Positions 1 to 12,805 of a stretch of DNA of 64,000 bases are shown piece by piece. The number at the start of each line of letters is the position of its first letter. Position 1 is the stretch's first letter. Origin of the DNA: Ruditapes philippinarum (lineage: Eukaryota); assembly GCF_026571515.1 (NCBI RefSeq), contig NW_026858894.1, positions 1-64,000 of the forward strand, read 5' to 3'. The position numbers and the translations under genes were made by a program. The notes beneath the pieces were generated by a model. It had not been told where the DNA came from, ran no database searches, and saw only the letters and a program-made list of their open reading frames with translations.

Positions 1-3000
1 AAAAAAATGAGCCAATCAATGGCATGCTTGGAGTGCGGTAACTAATACCCGCCACTCCAGTTAACGCACTGTGCATGTATATGTATACGATTTTAACCCT
101 GACACATTTTCAACAGAAAGGTCTCCGAACTATGATACAATAAGTTGCTTTTTATTTGCAATAATGTATACATATTCCTGCTTAAGGTTTTTCTTTTATA
201 TAATTATTATTTTAAAAGATACACTTATTTTATATTTGAGATATCTTACGAACATGCGTATTTTTTGGATATATATTTGATGAATTCATTTTTCTTTTCT
301 CATCACGGATATAAAGAATAGCAGGCTTGTGTATGATATCATAAAATTTATCAGGCAATGCTCAGAAGACCCTCGCCGAGCCCTTCATTTTTCTTGCCGA
401 TCCTGATAAAAAAAAATTGACAAGCGTTTCTTTCTTTAAATATAAAACCTGTGAAGAACCTCTGGAGTTCATGCCCCGTGCAGTAAATATGCTTACGGTC
501 AAAATTTCTGTTCGTTTCAAAGTTTATGAGTATAATATTTTCAAACTAATAAAAGGAAAAAGTATTACATTCTCTTCATTTCAATAAGTATTGATGAGGT
601 GTCGGATAAAGATGAGGAGGACTGATCAAACTGAATTTATTAGTCATGCATTTTATCTACAGAAATCAATTATTATAATGAAACAAACTCTAAAAAAATG
701 ATGAAATGATATTGGTTGTCTTGTGTAAGATATTGATAACTTTTTATATTGAGCGCATGTAGTTGGCCAATAGATGTCAATGAAACAGGATTTATTCAAC
801 ACTACAATTTACATAGATAGATCTGTTTATCAATGTAAAACTTTTCTTTAAGAGAAAAAACATTATTTGTTTATGATATGTTTAAAACGATTAGACCGTT
901 ATAATGTACACGCCCATATATTTAACAATCTCATTGATAGACACTTTCAGACAATGTCACTATTCTAATAGCTTATTGAGCTTTGTATTTAGCTCTTGTT
1001 TGATTGGCTAATGAGTCTACTTACTAGTTTCACAACATTATGTACAACAGTTTCTGTATTAAATACATCCAAAGTATGTGTTGCCGTGAGGGAATGCTCC
1101 ATGATATCAAATTTCTAATATAATACCTTGAGGGAAATAATGAATATGCCAATTCTTTGAAATAAGGAAGATAATATCAAACAGGTAACCATTATTTCTA
1201 AAAATACTTCATTGTAAGCTCTTAGAAATTTGTTTGTTTGTTTGTTATGATTATTTTATAGTGTGAATTGATTTTAACATCACTTAATTTAAACTTGTTA
1301 CTTATCTAACGATTTATTTTTAATCACAACCATGATAAAAACAATATGATTATGGGAATAATAAAATTTAGAAGTAACTACTGCAAAGGGTATTTGAATA
1401 ATTAAGCTGAATGAACTTAAGGTTCTAATTATTATAGATGGATGTTTCCATAGATATATGGATGCATGTAGAAGGGGGGAGCGTGGATGGGCGAGTTGAT
1501 TGCTGATGAATGCATTTGTAGATGAGTGTATGTATGGGTAGATGGTTGCAGGCACCATGTAACGATGCAAAAAATTGGTAAGGGTTCGATGGATGGATGG
1601 ATGGATGGATTGGTTTTTGTTTTCGTGTCGCAAATGCGCTAAGAATTTAACACGTTCAAGAGTAATAAGTACATGTGATGATATAGTTTTATCTTCTTGA
1701 AAACACTGGTTAATACAGCCAAGCAAAGATGAATTAAACACTAGTAATTTTCTTTGATCAGAAAGAATTTAAATTCGATACAAAATCTCTTCATTTGAAC
1801 AGTAGATTTTAAAACTCACCTTTATGTTACCAACGCTTCGAAAAGTTAGTTTGTTTAATTCAAATACATGTACACATATATTATTTTGAAATTTAAGAGG
1901 AATGGGACTGTTTTATTTCAATACTTTGCTTTTAGTAAAATAAACCTTAATGATTTTTTGTATGGCGAAAAAGATCTTTTTTTATATCTATTTATTTGTA
2001 TTTATTTATTTGATATTCAGATATCTTACAAAATGTTATATTGGTAATTGAAGTTTTTAAAACAACTTATTTTACCCTTTAACAATATTATCATTTCCTT
2101 TATTTCAGGAAATACATTGTTCAGTAGAAACGTTTCATTAGAACGATACATTTGAAGACACTCAGGCCATTCTTAAATGTTATTTAAGGAAACAAACAGC
2201 CAAAACTCTATTTATTAAATTAAAGGTTATTTACACATAAATTTGCAAACTTTTAGAATAGAATGTACAGCCAAACAGCCGACTGAACTGACTATTTCAA
2301 CATGGAAATAATAACTATTTAATTCGAATTAAGATACATCTGCAGATGTGTTCGAACAACGGTGGTAAGGGGATGTGTGCTCTCTTGCAATTCGGTGCAA
2401 TTAGTCGTATGGTCCTAAAGTATAAACGGAAGTGCTCTTAATGTGGACAATTCGCAGAACTAAACAAAATGGGAATTTGAAAGACGTTCAGGTGTAATAA
2501 AAAATCACCAAGTTATCAAGTAACAAGAACGTTTCTGTTGTTTGAAAAATATGATAATGTCGAATAGATTTAACGAGCTTTGTCTGATTTGTCAATATAT
2601 ATCATCAACGGATTCTGATTCTGACCCAAAAGAAAGCTACGAAAACTGTTTTTATGTCATGACCAAGTGGATAAAATCCGCCTATTTGCTGGGAGCAGCA
2701 AGAAAAATTCATTGAACATGAGACTTGCGAATAAAAACGTACTTACTTATACATATAGCTATAGTAATTTTTATTATTACAAAATATTGACAATTGTTAA
2801 AAAGTAAACGGTGTGATATAGTTCGAGATAGATGAATGTAATTGTTATTATATATTTATTCTTCCACTATTCTCTGCATAGGTGATCTTACATTTAAATT
2901 AGAATTTTAAAGGCGATATTGCTTAAGTAGTTTTCCTCCAAATATTATTTCTTCTTCTCTTTCAATAAATGTTCTTGCTACCATTTGCAATACAAGTTTC

Positions 3001-3292
3001 TTACTAATAAGCGGCCATGCCTAAGGTAAACCATACGCCAGTAAATAATGCATTATAAAAAAAAAAAGATCTTTGTAAAACAATCTTGTCGTGGAGAAAC
3101 ACCGGCAACCGTTGTCGCTAATTTGATATAAGAAATACAGTTATTCAACGTTTTACAATAATTATCCAACACAAAATACACAATGGGAGTACAATATAAG
3201 TTTTAAAAGGGCTTTGGTATGTATTCATTAGTTGCATTGTCTCAATAAATAGTTTATTATCGTTATAATCGTTGTTAAAATGTGTGAAATCA

Positions 3293-6200
3293 AAAGAATT
3301 ATGATAACTATTTATAACTTAAAATGCACTTAATTTGGATAAACATGTAATCATTATTAATGTTTTGCAAGTAGAATGATTATTCAAATAAAATTATCAT
3401 CATAGAAACAAGTGACTTTGCTTGCTATATCATTGATTTATTAATGTAAGGTATTTCGAGTTTCGTAAACACAAACCAACATGCACGCTCTTTCTATGAA
3501 GATTATATTTCCTTATTATGCGCGTTTTTATTGAAAGAGTCCATATAATTATGTATTTAAGTAGAAAGATCATGATAAGTATTGAAACAGTATTGAAATA
3601 GTCTATACGTATGCATTTATGAGGAAAGATCACGGAAAAACTTAAAATCAAAAGGAACATGACGGCCCAAATCGCTTAACCACTCCATGAAAAAGAACAT
3701 TTGAAATAACTTTCATTATTCTTATACAGTATCATCTGGTCATCGTAATCTTTAAACATGTGTCTCAGGAGAAGATGCCATTAAAAGCATAGTTTTAGCC
3801 TTTGCCCTAGACGATATCTCGTTCAGACATGATTAATTATTTGATTTTTCTTTTATAAAATGGTTGGGGATTATATAATCTATTTAACAGAGCATGACTG
3901 CTATCAATGAGTTTAAAAACACAACAAAAATATAAAAGTGGATTATGAAGCGAAATTGCTAAAATGTTTTGCAATCTTTTGTTTTAGCCATTTTAAAATT
4001 TTCCCACCAGATCGGGTCAATACACACGCAAGTTGTTGTTTGTTGAATAATATATCTTAGGAATTGTTTCTTTGCATGTCATTAACAATTACATTTACGA
4101 AAGTATGTAATAGGTTTAGCTATCATTCCACAAAAAAAGCAAAAGTTCTTCTTTATTGAGTTAAACGACGTTTCCTATCATAGAGTATTCATCTTTCAGA
4201 AAGAGAATAGAAAAGGAAAATAAAACTAGCGAAAAGAACTTAATAATTGATAAGTCTTAAATTAAACAAATTCATAAAAAATGAAACTGATGATCACGGT
4301 CCTACGTTTTGCGTATTATTCACCAGCTAGTGAGTCCTTTAACATTTTTCGATCATCTCCAAGAGAAAATAACTTTAAATCAACCATACCGATATCTTTT
4401 TTCATTTCAAATTATTTTCAGCAATTTATAGCTGTTACAATTCCATCCAACATATATACTCGTATTTGATTTGCTTTGTTTAGTAAACCTACTACAATAT
4501 CTTCAAAACAAACGGGGAATTACTGAAATAAATCACTTTTCATATAAAACTAAAGAATAATACATGCTTCAATAAATTTCAGCATATGTTTCTTCATGTC
4601 GTGGACTAAAGATATAAACACGAATTTGAAATCGAGTTAGATATTGCTTGTTACAGTTTTGAATTATATGCATGCTCAAGAAAATGGACTTAAATCAGGC
4701 ACAAACTCACGTTCAAGGGCAGATAACTCAAGAAGTAGGACCGAGACCCCTTTCTTTTATAAAAAAGTAAATTGTTTCAATAATGAATGAAGTTCAGAAC
4801 CTTCTAACTACTAGTTGTCCTTCTTTGCCTATGATAAAAGTGAAAAAATAAGAAGCGTCAATAAAGCTTCTGAAAAATGTTATGGCAGAAGATGGCGTTT
4901 CAAGTTTTTGTTTTTATATTTTAAGTTCAGGTTTTATCATATTCTGCAGACCAGAAATATCGTAGCTAGTACAGGACCGTGCAAAATAATTCTTCTTGAT
5001 TCTCTATCTGCTATACTGTACAACATACTGGACTGATGTAGGCTACTTCTTATAAGACTTACCCAAGATGTTTTCCTTTTTCTTCACTATAGAACTTCAT
5101 TTCAATTTTGAGGGGTTAGGAAGAAGATAACATGTCAATAGCATGATACCAGAGTGGAATATTTTCAGTATATTTGTAGAGAGTCATCTAAAGATTATTA
5201 TCTTAAATTATTTTGTTTTATCCAGTTGCCCAAATAGTTTAGTGGATAAGTTATTTTATGTGGGATTTAACGTAGACGACGGATGAATGATTACGGACAA
5301 ATGCCGGTCAAACTCAAACGATTATGCTACTGTATGGATGTTCATTTGAAAAAAAAAAAAAAAAAACATATCAATATACAGTAATTAACTTATCATGCTA
5401 TATCAAACATATGTTATTCGTGTAGTCATGCAACTGCACTGAAACAACACTTAACAATTGTAAGACGTCAAACTAAATGATCAAGTCACTCAACATGTCT
5501 AACAAATGTTTTATAAAGTGATTTAAGACGCAAACATTAATGACATCATCACTCAAAATGACAAACAAAACATTGTAAATTAAAGTCAAAGCTTCAATCC
5601 TTGTCATGTTAAATGATTCTGTTGCAACACATGCTGAGGCAGGCATTGTTTGATTACAACAACTGAAATTGCAAAAAGTGAAAATTTCAAAACTAAGTTT
5701 TATTAAATAAAGTGTATTTGAATATACATCATACGATAATACTAAAGAAAACAGGTACAAAGTCCCGGTATATACATATAAAAATAATTACGTAATGGAA
5801 CATAACTATATAGGCCAATGCATGATACAACTTAAATCTTCTTAAATTTATACATACAACGATGCCATCTCTATATAACACTTTATGTACACCAGGTTCA
5901 TCATAAGAATTTCTTATTTATTTTATTTAAAGAATTATGATAACTATTTATAACTTAAAATGCACTTAATTTGGATAAACATGTAATCATTATTAATGTT
6001 TTGCAAGTAGATTAATTATTCAAATAAAATGATCATCATAGAAACAAGTGACTTTGCTTGCTATATCATTGATTTATTAATGTAAGGTATTTCGAGTTCC
6101 GTAAACACGAACCAACATGTACGCTCTTTCTATGAAGATTATATTACCTTATTATGCGCGTTTTTATTGAAAGAGTCCATATAATTATATATTTAAGTAG

Positions 6201-7988
6201 AAAGATCATGATAAGTATAGAAACAGTATTGAAACAGTCTATACGTATGCATTTATGAAGAAAGATCACGGAAAAACTTAAAATCAAAAGGAACATGACG
6301 GCCCAAATCGCTTAACCACTCCATGAAAAAGAACAATTGAAATAACTTTCATTGTTCTTATACAGTATCATCTGGTCATCGTAATCTTTAAACATTTGTC
6401 TCAGGAGAAGATGCCATTAAAAGCATAGTTTTAGCCTTTGCCCTAGACGATATCTCGTTCAGACATGATTAATTATTTGATTTTTCTTTTATAAAATGGT
6501 TGGGGATTATATAATCTATTCAACAGAGCATGACTACTATCAATGAGTTTAAAAACACAACAAAAGTATAAAAGTGGATTATGAAGCGAAATTGCTAAAA
6601 TGTTTTGCAATCTTTTGTTTTAGCCATTTTAAAATTTTCCCACCAGATCGGGTCAATACACACGCAAGTTGTTGTTTGTTGAATAATATATCTTAGGAAT
6701 TGTTTCTTTGCATGTCATTAACAATTACATTTACGAAAGTATGTAATGGGTTTAGCTATCATTCCACAAAAAAGCAAAAGTTCTTCTTTATTGAGTTAAA
6801 CGACGTTTCCTATCATAGAGTATTCATCTTTCAGGAATGAATAGAAAAGGAAAATAAAACTAGCGAAAAGAACTAAATAATTGATAAAGTCTTAAATTAA
6901 ACAAATTCATAAAAAATGAAACTGATGATCACGGTCCTATGTTTTGCGTAATATTCACCAGATAGTGAGTCCTTTAACTCTTTTCGATCATCTCCAAGAG
7001 AAAATAACTTTAAATCAACCATACCGACATCTTATTTCATTTCAAATTATTCTTAGCCATTTATAGCTGTTACAATTCTATCCAACATAATTCTATTTTG
7101 ATTTGCTTTGTTTAGTAAACCCTCTGCAATATCTTCAAAAAAAGACGGAGAATTACTGAAATAAATCACTTTTCATATACAACTAAAGAATAATACATGC
7201 TTCAATAAATTTCAGCATATGTTTCTTCATGTCGTGGACTAAAGATATAAACACGAATTTGAAATCGAGTTAGATATTGCTTGTTACAGTTTTGAATTAT
7301 ATGCATGCTCAAGAAAATGGCCTTAAATCAGGCACAAACTCACGTTCAAGGACACATAACTCAAGAAGTAGGACCGAGACCCCTTTCTTTTATAAAAAGT
7401 AAATTGTTTCAATAATGAATGAAGTTCAGAACGTTCTGACTACTTGTTGTCCTTCTTTGCCTATGATAAAAGTAGAAAAAATAAGAAACGCCAATAAAGC
7501 TTCTGAAAAATGTTATGGCAGAAGATGGCGTTTCAAGTTTTTGTTTTTTTATAATTATTTTAAGTTCAGGTTTTATCATATTTTGCAGACCAGAAATATC
7601 GTAGCTAGTACAGGACCGTGCAAAATAATTCTTCTTGATTCTCTATCTGCTTTACTGTACAAATTGCTGGACTGATGTAGGCTACTTCTTATAAGACTTA
7701 CCTTAAGATTTTTTCCTTTTTCTTCACTATAGAACTTCATTTCAATTCTTAGGGGTTAGGGAGAAGATAACATTTCAATAGCATGATACAAGAGTGGAAT
7801 ATTTTCAGTATATTTGTAGAGAGTCATCTAAAGATTATTATCTGAAATTATTTTGTTTTATCCAGTTGCTCAAATAGTTTAGTGGATAAGTTATTTTATG
7901 TGGGATTTAACGTAGACGACGGATGAATGATTACGGACAAATGCCGGTCAAACTCAAACGATTATGCTACTGTATGGATGTTCATTTG

Positions 7989-8020
<32 letters not shown>

Positions 8021-8581
8021 ATATCAATATACAGTAATTAACTTATCATGCTATGTCAAACATATGTTACTCGTGTAGTCATGCAACTGCACTGAAACAA
8101 CACTTAACAATTGTAAGACGTCAAACTAAATGATCAAGTCACTCAACATGTCTAACAAATGTTTTATAAAGTGATTTAAGACGCAAACATTAATGGCATT
8201 ATCACTCAAAATGACAAACAAAACATTGTAAATTAAAGTCAAAGCTTCAATCCTTGTCATGTTAAATGATTCTGTTGCAACACATGCTGAGGCAGGCATT
8301 GTTTGATTACAACAACTGAACTTGCAAAAAGTGAAAATTTCAAAACTAAGTTTTATTAAATAAAGTGTATTTGAATATACATCATACGATAATACTAAAG
8401 AAAACAGGTACAAAGTCCCGGTATATATATATAAAAATAATTACGTAATGGAACATAACTATATAGGCCAATGCATGATACAACTTAAATCTTCTTAAAT
8501 TTATACATACAACGATGTCATCTCTATATAACACTTTATGTACACCAGGTTCATCATAAAAATTTCTTATTTATTTTATTT
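3293..8581 (+). repeat. Near-identical tandem duplication, two units of ~2.64 kb (3293-5928 and 5929-8581)
   Basis: AAAGAATTATGATAACTATTTATAAC starts both units (offset 2636). The units are colinear to TTCTTATTTATTTTATTTA, with scattered SNPs and small indels. The duplicated spurious ORFs (5473-5760 vs 8126-8413) agree. Confidence 0.95.
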
Positions 8582-8678
8582 ACGATTTAATTTTTAAAAG
8601 AATTTGATTTAATAACTACAAGAAGCATGAAATCTGTTAAAGAAACAGTGCAATTAAAAAGAAAAATTAAATTATCAG

Positions 8679-9551
8679 CTAGTTAGACCATAAATTGAAG
8701 TTTTTGAAACGTGCAAGCTTGTTGTCATGTCCAATTATAAAGTTGTTGTGTACTACAACGACGTGTTGGCGTTGCTTGTAATTTTGGTCCTGAAAGAACC
8801 GTTTTCCTGATGCAAACATATCTGGATCTAATATTTTCACACTTAGGTTCGAAAACTTCTGTATCAGTAATCTATTCAAAACGACTTGATCAACCTCTTT
8901 TTTATCTTGTCTCTCTAAAATCTGTTTCCATGCCAAAATTAACTTCCTTGATTTAGCGCTATTTTGTACAGCCATGAAACCTGGACATACATTGTTTTTA
9001 CCATCACTTTGAATCCATATATCATAGTCTCCTTCCAGATGCTGTAAAGGGTTTTGAAGCCAAACAGTATCTGCATCTGTATTGATAATATTTAATCCAA
9101 TATTTAACAGATCACTGATATATAATGACCGTCTTGATATTAAAGAATTGTATGGTTCAGAATTATACTTTACAGCCTTATCTATAGACGGAAGGTGAGA
9201 ATGGACAATATTTATTGCACCAGAATAATTCAGAATCAATTTGTCGTAAACATATTTATCTTCCGCAATGGCAATAACCGGTGCATTTATGCCAAGTTTT
9301 TGAAAATAAAAATGCCAATTTTGGAAAAAGTCATAAAAACCATTATTCACGGTGATCATTACTGTCCATTGATTGTGTGGTATTTTAAGTCCGTGGTTTC
9401 TAATATAGCTCGTCAAATTTGTTATTCCTGTTTTCAATATTTCCGTATCGTATGGTAATATAGTTTTTGTATTTAGATAAGTGGAAAGAAAAGCTATTCC
9501 AAGAATAAACATAAATGGTATGGCATGTTGTAAGTATAGAAATATCTTCAT
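8679..9551 (-). CDS. Nucleotide-diphospho-sugar transferase (Nucleotid_trans / CAZy GT77-like; RGXT-type xylosyl/arabinosyl-transferase family), type II membrane, 290 aa, single coding exon
   Basis: First ATG at 9551 (the ORF-track start at 9563 is a TTG). N-terminal TM helix (IPFMFILGIAFLSTYL), DxD motif in TDADTVWLQNP, CPGFM, DQVVLN, and C-terminal VHNNFIIGHDNKLARFK..NLW, all typical of GT77. Stop TAG at 8679-8681. Confidence 0.88.
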   Translation of the reverse strand: MKIFLYLQHAIPFMFILGIAFLSTYLNTKTILPYDTEILKTGITNLTSYIRNHGLKIPHNQWTVMITVNNGFYDFFQNWHFYFQKLGINAPVIAIAEDKYVYDKLILNYSGAINIVHSHLPSIDKAVKYNSEPYNSLISRRSLYISDLLNIGLNIINTDADTVWLQNPLQHLEGDYDIWIQSDGKNNVCPGFMAVQNSAKSRKLILAWKQILERQDKKEVDQVVLNRLLIQKFSNLSVKILDPDMFASGKRFFQDQNYKQRQHVVVVHNNFIIGHDNKLARFKNFNLWSN

Positions 9552-10139
9552 TGTCGGAATCAAGATTAATTACTGATATGTTTTTACCTTCCTTAGCATT
9601 AATATTAATATTAAAGTACATATTGGTTATTCAAAATGTTTTACAAAAATATACAAGATTATATTCACGTTGGTATTGCGTTTGTCTTGGCTTAGCTAAA
9701 GACGTGGCAAAATATCAACAAATTGTAATAGATATAACTGTTTTAAATATATACATGAACATATTGTGTAAACATTTGGACGTGATGTCATTGTTAGATA
9801 TACAGAAGTTATTGTTTTACTATTTAGGTTTATATTTAAAGTAAATGTAATTACATAGAATTGTCGTCATTTTGACAGAACTTTAATAAACATGGTATTC
9901 TTATAGTTTGATATCTTCGAAGAAAAAAGGAAAATGTATTCATTTCTAATTTCTAATTCATCAATTAAAACTCTATAATCATTTTTATCCAAGAAATTCT
10001 CTTTTATAAGAAAACCAAAATAACACATTAATTCATTAAATATATATTTTAAAAATCAGATGAAGACCGATCTACCTTAACATTTGTGCCCTAGTATTCA
10101 GTTTTTCCATATGCGTTATTATTTAAATTATTTGTAATC

Positions 10140-10750
10140 AACATTAAATATAAGTTCAAAGTTGTAATACTGTCAGTTATTTTATGTATTTGTTGTTGAC
10201 GCTTGTACATTATAAATGGAAACTCATCTTGCATATTTTACTCACTTTTTGAATTCTGCATTCTATCAACGTTTGACAAAATCAGTCATGGCCTGCAAAA
10301 TTATTAGGTTGCCGATTTGATATTTCTTGAATTTTTTATTTTCAATATTTAATTATCATTTTAATATACGTGTACCTTTTTTGGAATACATTTGGACAGC
10401 TTCAAAGTATATGTTATCGAAGAACCAGTAACCAAACACCAGTCGGATCAAGTTATCGATGAAAAACAACAACAGTTAGTTAGTAGGCTTAATAGTTTTT
10501 TATAAAATAATAAAAAAATCTTCAAATTTCTGGGATTGACATACTTTGTTTCTTCGTGTAAGTCAACAAAAATCTTTTATGAACAGTGATACTCCACTAT
10601 TTGTAGAAAATGTTGACTGGAATCATTACTATAGAGGTTTTCAGAGAATATATTGCAAGTATTAGAATTGTAATATTAAACCAAACATTGGGTAATTTCC
10701 ATGTTTATTTTATGCATCAAAGGTAGATGACTTAGACGAAAGTAAACATA
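10140..10750 (+). pseudogene. Inverted, degenerate paralogous copy of the 5' part of the CHST15-like locus (40370-41110)
   Basis: TATTTGTTGTTGACGCTTGTACATTATA, GAATACATTT..AGCTTCAAAGTA, TCGTGTAAGTCAACA and CATCAAAGGTAGATGACTTAGA all occur in the same order in the reverse complement of 40370-41110. Confidence 0.75.
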
Positions 10751-11161
10751 TATATTTTCATTTAATGTACTCAAATTTCTCAACGCTCTTATTATTTATT
10801 TGCTAACGGATAATCGAACTGATTTTATGTCAGCCAATTATCTATTGAATAAAGTTCTCAAATATGGATAAATTGTTCATTTCAAAACATAAAGGGTGTA
10901 TACTTTTAGAAATGCAATTTTGTTACAAAACCTCTTTCCATTTCTTAAAGATTTCAAATGGCCTTGCTGGATCGAGAATAATATTTATGATTCAAAACTA
11001 GTGTGAGATGTTTATCATATTTCTATCTGGAAGGAATGCTAAAATGCAGGACATGGCATTTAATACGCAACTAAATAAGTTTTTTATTGATGTTCAGATA
11101 TTCCTTTTAAAATATACACGACGAACACATAAAAGTATGTATATAAAAAAAGAAAATTATC

Positions 11162-11240
11162 AGGCTCAGTTTTATTGAGCCTGTTCATGGACAGTACTGG
11201 AAGTACAAGCTACCGTCCACGACCCATAGTATCTGGCTTA
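11162..11240 (+). repeat. ~80-bp double-hairpin interspersed element, copy 1 (other copies at 55011-55090 + and ~39735-39805 -)
   Basis: AGGCTC-N9-GAGCCT followed by TGGAC(A/G)GTA...TACCGTCCA and ending GGCTTAA. Three recognisable copies in the window. Confidence 0.75.
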
Positions 11241-12805
11241 ATTTTAACATAACTATGGTGAGAATTGAATTAAGAAAAATCCGCAAATGTGTTCATACGG
11301 CGGTTATTATGGTCGAACGGCGAATTCCAGTTTTACTTGTGGATGAAGACCTCAGGTGCTTAAACAATATAACGAGACCAAGTTGATTGGAGATTTTAAA
11401 AATATCTATTTGACCATTTTCATATACAATATTTTATATTATGTTTCAAGAAATAACGGTCAACACATAAATATTTATTCGAGTACTTAATTGACTTTGC
11501 ATAGTTGTCATAGAAAAAGTAATGCATTGTAGATGTAAACGATGGTACACCTCAGTATTATCTTAGATATTATCAGCATATTTTTTTATTAGTATTTGCA
11601 TCAAATCAAAATGTTCTTTCTATCTGGCTTCTTTAATATATTATTATTATCTGGACGTGCATCAAAATTGGAGGCTCATGTAAGCTACATTACTTTAGTA
11701 TTTATTATGATAGTTACGCTTATTAAAGGCATAGTCATTTGATAGTTGTGAATTTTAACGTAATATTTGTTTCTATAATCAATCTAATTTGTCCATGTCA
11801 GTTGAAAACACATAACCGGTAAAGAAAATATGAATAAAAATTAAAACAAGAAACATAATGTCAGATACATAAGCAATGCATTACAGTTGTTTAAACAAGC
11901 ATGCTTTTTGAATAATGCCAACAATGAAGACTTAAATTACATTCTGTACCTTTTGAAAAGTGTTATCAAAACAATATGATATTGAATAAAGACAATACAA
12001 ATGAAGTAAACTCTTCGGGCAATCTTTATTACATACTTTGATTAAATCATTCAGTTGTTTACAATTTTGTATATTTGCGTTTTGAATTTCTTGACAAAAT
12101 TATGCGAACTAAATGATGTAAGGGGAAATATGTACTACACACACTTCATTGCAATTTCTTTTCTATGATTGTTGAATTGAATAAAGTATTGTCTTGAATT
12201 GGGAAATTGAATAAAGTGACAGGATAAATTTAAATTTGGATTGAAATGTAACATATCAACTACTGATCTCAAATTTCTGTTGCATATCAAAGTAAGTAGG
12301 TATATTTAAGGCGTGTTGTATTCACATTTCCATAAGTTGGTTTAAAACTCGTGCAAAATGACAGCAAACACTTTTAATATTATTATAGCTATTTTTACTG
12401 CGTGGTATTAGTAAGTATGACTTGTTATCATTTGTATTTCTTTCTCTGCCTGTTTTCTTAGATTGTCGTTAAAATCATTGAAACATTTTTTTATTAAACT
12501 GTCCGCAAACATTTGTAAACATTTTGGGATTTGTAATGTAAACAATAACAAGTATTTAATAAAAGGTTATACTCAAACTTGGCTTTTTGTGTGGGTCTGT
12601 ATTGTCTCCATAAACTTGTAACTAACACTCTATTGAATGGATGCTTTATTATCATGTTTAAATCAATGTGTGTTTAAGTGGTTCATGTTTATTTATGCCA
12701 TTACGTTTAATAAGTATTTCTATTTTTACATTACGTATATACTTTATCATAAATTACACTATAGATAGGGTGTTTTATAAATTATAGTAAACAATATTTA
12801 AAGCA

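Noticed and set aside
1-700. Possible decayed sulfotransferase exons at the left edge
   Set aside because: Only vague resemblance in broken frames; no convincing motif or splice pattern.
1298-1741. 147-aa ORF on the minus strand
   Set aside because: Non-ATG start and driven by a (GGAT)n/GATG-rich low-complexity tract; no family motifs.
4815-8413. Paired ORFs (4815-5036 / 7415-7675 and 5473-5760 / 8126-8413) as duplicated genes
   Set aside because: They are chance ORFs inside the tandem duplication and repeat-derived sequence; no protein signature.
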